NCBI GenBank assembly: GCA_964534375.1
Contig: CAZHPN010000061.1
Span: forward strand, 1 to 26,842
Source: an uncultured bacterium
GTDB lineage: Bacteria; Lernaellota; Lernaellaia; Lernaellales; Lernaellaceae
Direction: 5' to 3'
Length of the DNA: 26,842 nt
The number at the start of each line of letters is the position of its first letter. Position 1 is the first letter of the stretch. The position numbers were made by a program, and so were the translations under genes. The notes below the pieces were generated by a model, which saw only the letters and a list, made by a program, of their open reading frames with translations, did no database searches and was not told where the DNA came from. This document shows positions 24,199 through 26,842 of this stretch, piece by piece.

Positions 24199-25343
24199 GA
24201 ACGATCTCCTTTCTTCTTTTTCAATTCGGCAAGGATCTCCTCTTGCACCTTGAGGATTTTGAGCAAGATTTCGCGATCGCTCGGCGGCGGCGCCGGCGCC
24301 GCCGCCGCCCGGACCCGAGGCGCCGCCGCGGCCCCCGGCAACGCCGTCAACGGGTCCAGGTACGGGAGTTCAGGCGGCGTCATCAACCGCGAGACGTCGA
24401 CGCCGAGGCGGGCGAGCGCATCGCGCAGGGACCGCGAGGCGTTTCGTTCGTGGTGGGCGAGCACGCATTGCTGCCAGGAAGGCGTATTCAACTCCCGGGT
24501 CGCCTTCGCGTTGAGGTAGACGCAACGTTTGCAATGAAAGGCATCGCAGGTCCGGCAAATCGGCGCGTGGTCGAGGCCTAGCAGTTGAGCGTTCCGAATC
24601 TCGAAGCCTTCTTCGACATTGCCCACGGCGGCGGATTTGTCGCCGTAGCAGAAACCTGGGCAGATGTACAACTGGCCGTCCGGCGCGCAGGTGAGATGAT
24701 GGACGCCGGCGCCGCAGTTGTTCATGCGGCCGAGCGACAAACGATCCGAAAGAACGTTCAGCTCGGCAGCGTCGCCTGCGGCGCAGGCCGCCGCAACGGG
24801 CGTTTCCAGGGCTTGAAGCTGCCGGCGATATTCCTCAACGTCGGCGTGGCCGTACTGTTCGACGTCCAGAGGGACCACGTTGATTCGTCGGGCCGCATTG
24901 AGATAGGGGATCAGCAAATCGGCCGCGTGCGAGATCTGGCTTTTTTCCAGCCGGACGATCAGGTTGCGCGCCCGCGCTTGCCGAATCGCGTCCGGTCGAG
25001 CCAGGTCGTTTCCGTCCAACACGATTACGGCGTCGCGGTAACGCCGGGCGAGCGCCAGCGGCGCGATCTTGACATGGGGCGCCTGGTCAATTTGCCGTTC
25101 GTGAGCGGCCGGAAGAGGCTCGGCCCCGAGAACGAACTGGAGCTGGAGCTTTCTCTTGTTCGCCAACGCGACCACGCGGCTCAAGCGTCGCAATGGCATG
25201 CGACTGGCAGCCGTCGGGCGGGCGCCGCGATTGCGGTAATGACAAAACGAGACGGCGGCGGCGTCCGTCAGAACGATCAACTGTTGCAGGTCGAGTCCGA
25301 CGCGATTCCAGGCGTCCGCGCGAGCGGGAGGCGACGGCGTCAT
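24195..25343 (-). CDS. CXXX repeat peptide maturase (TIGR04119-like; degenerate radical SAM plus SPASM-like domain)
   Basis: VSFCHY near the N-terminus; NNCGAG...PDGQLYICPGF; APICRTCDAFHCKRCVYLN...ELNTPSWQQC; ATGA overlap with the upstream gene. Confidence 0.88.
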   Translation of the reverse strand: MTPSPPARADAWNRVGLDLQQLIVLTDAAAVSFCHYRNRGARPTAASRMPLRRLSRVVALANKRKLQLQFVLGAEPLPAAHERQIDQAPHVKIAPLALARRYRDAVIVLDGNDLARPDAIRQARARNLIVRLEKSQISHAADLLIPYLNAARRINVVPLDVEQYGHADVEEYRRQLQALETPVAAACAAGDAAELNVLSDRLSLGRMNNCGAGVHHLTCAPDGQLYICPGFCYGDKSAAVGNVEEGFEIRNAQLLGLDHAPICRTCDAFHCKRCVYLNAKATRELNTPSWQQCVLAHHERNASRSLRDALARLGVDVSRLMTPPELPYLDPLTALPGAAAAPRVRAAAAPAPPPSDREILLKILKVQEEILAELKKKKGDRS

Positions 25344-26581
25344 GGCGTACTTGGCCTCTGCCTTTCCTCGGGGGCCGCCAACTTGCGATCGAGCCTGTCC
25401 CAGAAATATCGATTCGCGCGGACGCGCGCCTTGTGCAAGCGGCAGATATATGTCGCTCGCTGATATATTGTCGCCGTGTCCGCGAAATCATAGTTTGCGC
25501 CCTGGCACCACGCGCAGCCGGCGGCGATGTCGCATTCGATGCATTCCGGCGGGCTTTGCGATACGAGATCAAGCGCCAGGAAAGGTCGAAGCAAATTGGC
25601 GTCGATCCCGGCGACGCAATCGCCGATTTTGAGCGGCGGGCGATTTTGCAACGAAAACGCGGCGAATCTCACGCAAGGGTAAAAGACGCCGGCGTGGTCG
25701 ACCGCCAACATCTTCCCCGCGCCGCACCAATTCCTATTCTCCGGATTTGGCCGTCCGATATGCCGCGCGAAGAACGAACAACTGTGCTCCATGTACGTCT
25801 CGTAATCGACGATGTGGTCCGCCAGAGCCAGGAGCTGGTCTTCGAGGATCTTGTCGCTGTCGGCGTCCCACGCGTTCTCGAACACCACGTTGGCGTGGAT
25901 GTTCTTGATCCCGAGTTCCCAGAGATGGACGATGCTGTCTTTGACGTGCGGAAGATCCGCCCGCGAAATCGTGACCTTGGTGCTGGCTTCCGGAAACTGC
26001 CGCAGCCACAGCGGAATATTCCGCACCACGTCGTCGTAGGAGCCGCGCCCGTCCGGGTAGACTCGCTGAAGATTGTGCTTGCCGGGGGTTCCGTCAATCG
26101 TAATCCCGACGCTGACGTGGCGAAAGTTCTTTTCGAGATACCGCTGGACCCGCGGCTCGTCGTATAAGATGCCGTTCGTGGCGAAGCTGAAGCGATAGCT
26201 GTCGAACCACCAATGCCCCGTTTCGTAGGCCTGCCGTTTGAAATAATCGCTGATTCGGTCGATCAGGTCGATCTCCAGAAACGGCTCGCCGCCCATGAAG
26301 TCCCAGATCAGGGAGCGATCCTTGAACAACTCCCGTTCGCGGAGCAAGTAGTCCACGGTGCGCCGAGCAACGTCGAAGCTCATCCGGTGATGGGAATTTT
26401 TGCCAACCAGATAACAATAACGGCACCGCAACTGACAGTTTTCGGTGAGAATCATCGTGACGGTTTTCGCCTTCCCGCCTTCCCAGTCGCGACTCCGGTC
26501 GAACGCCGTCCGCCGACGGCCGCTCGCGGCAAACGCCGTGTTGCGCTCGCCAACCTGACTATTCGGCGCCGGGCTACGCAC
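25340..26581 (-). CDS. Radical SAM/SPASM peptide maturase, CXXX-repeat target family (TIGR04115-like)
   Basis: CQLRCRYC (CxxxCxxC), FMGGEP, ITIDG, NWCGAGKML, YPCVRF, CIECDIAAGCAWCQG, IYQRATYIC; GTG start with GGAG RBS. Confidence 0.93.
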   Translation of the reverse strand: MRSPAPNSQVGERNTAFAASGRRRTAFDRSRDWEGGKAKTVTMILTENCQLRCRYCYLVGKNSHHRMSFDVARRTVDYLLRERELFKDRSLIWDFMGGEPFLEIDLIDRISDYFKRQAYETGHWWFDSYRFSFATNGILYDEPRVQRYLEKNFRHVSVGITIDGTPGKHNLQRVYPDGRGSYDDVVRNIPLWLRQFPEASTKVTISRADLPHVKDSIVHLWELGIKNIHANVVFENAWDADSDKILEDQLLALADHIVDYETYMEHSCSFFARHIGRPNPENRNWCGAGKMLAVDHAGVFYPCVRFAAFSLQNRPPLKIGDCVAGIDANLLRPFLALDLVSQSPPECIECDIAAGCAWCQGANYDFADTATIYQRATYICRLHKARVRANRYFWDRLDRKLAAPEERQRPSTP

Positions 26582-26682
26582 AGAAATACTCCTGCCTGAA
26601 AAACCCCGCCAGCCGCGCGTGCAGCGAACGGATGTCGAGCCGTTTCGTCAAGCGGAATTGCACCGACCCGCTGTGATTTGCA

Positions 26683-26842
26683 TCAACGCGAACGCGCGCG
26701 ACGATTGCCGCCATAACGATCACTGCGGCCGCTGCCGCCGGAGTTTCCAGAACAGGAACCTGTGCAATCGCCCCCGCACGAGCTTGTGCAGCCATCGCCG
26801 CAACCGCCGGTGCAGCCATCGCCGCATCCGGTGCAGCCGTCC
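26683..26842 (-). CDS. CXXX-repeat Cys-rich RiPP precursor peptide, 3' part (5' end outside the window)
   Basis: Manual translation from 26841: DGCTGCGDGCTGGCGDGCTSSCGGDCTGSCSGNSGGSGRSDRYGGNRRARSR*, stop at 26683-26685. It lies directly upstream of the maturase and is absent from the ORF track. Confidence 0.92.
   Translation of the reverse strand, partial: DGCTGCGDGCTGGCGDGCTSSCGGDCTGSCSGNSGGSGRSDRYGGNRRARSR

Noticed and set aside
26574..26819. 81-aa Ala-rich ORF from the track
   Set aside because: Wrong frame; the overlapping frame encodes the CXXX-repeat precursor expected from operon context.

Overview
High-GC bacterial accessory region. A Myxococcota/Deltaproteobacteria-like host is an inference from gene content only. 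Most of the window (about 0.8-23.8 kb) is a rapidly rearranging cluster of exported proteins. It holds two signal-peptide TPR-CHAT proteases with intact His/Cys dyads, a secreted caspase-family (C14)-PEGA-beta-barrel protein, an LPP20/FlgO/DUF4384-like protein, and four Cys-rich DUF1566 (Lcl C-terminal-like) paralogs, two of them decayed. Three truncated or chimeric remnants of these modules are also present. An R-G-I-G-L motif is shared by both CHAT catalytic loops and the C-terminus of the DUF4384-like protein, suggesting an Arg-specific extracytoplasmic protease circuit. Embedded in the cluster are a 1055-aa protein with a highly divergent EAL domain that keeps the expected catalytic residues, downstream of a consensus promoter and a terminated ~320-nt leader, and a protein made entirely of nine tandem HTH-like repeats. 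The right end is a CXXX-repeat radical-SAM RiPP operon whose precursor peptide was missed by the ORF track and is cut by the window edge. All domain calls come from motif recognition by eye; no searches were run.
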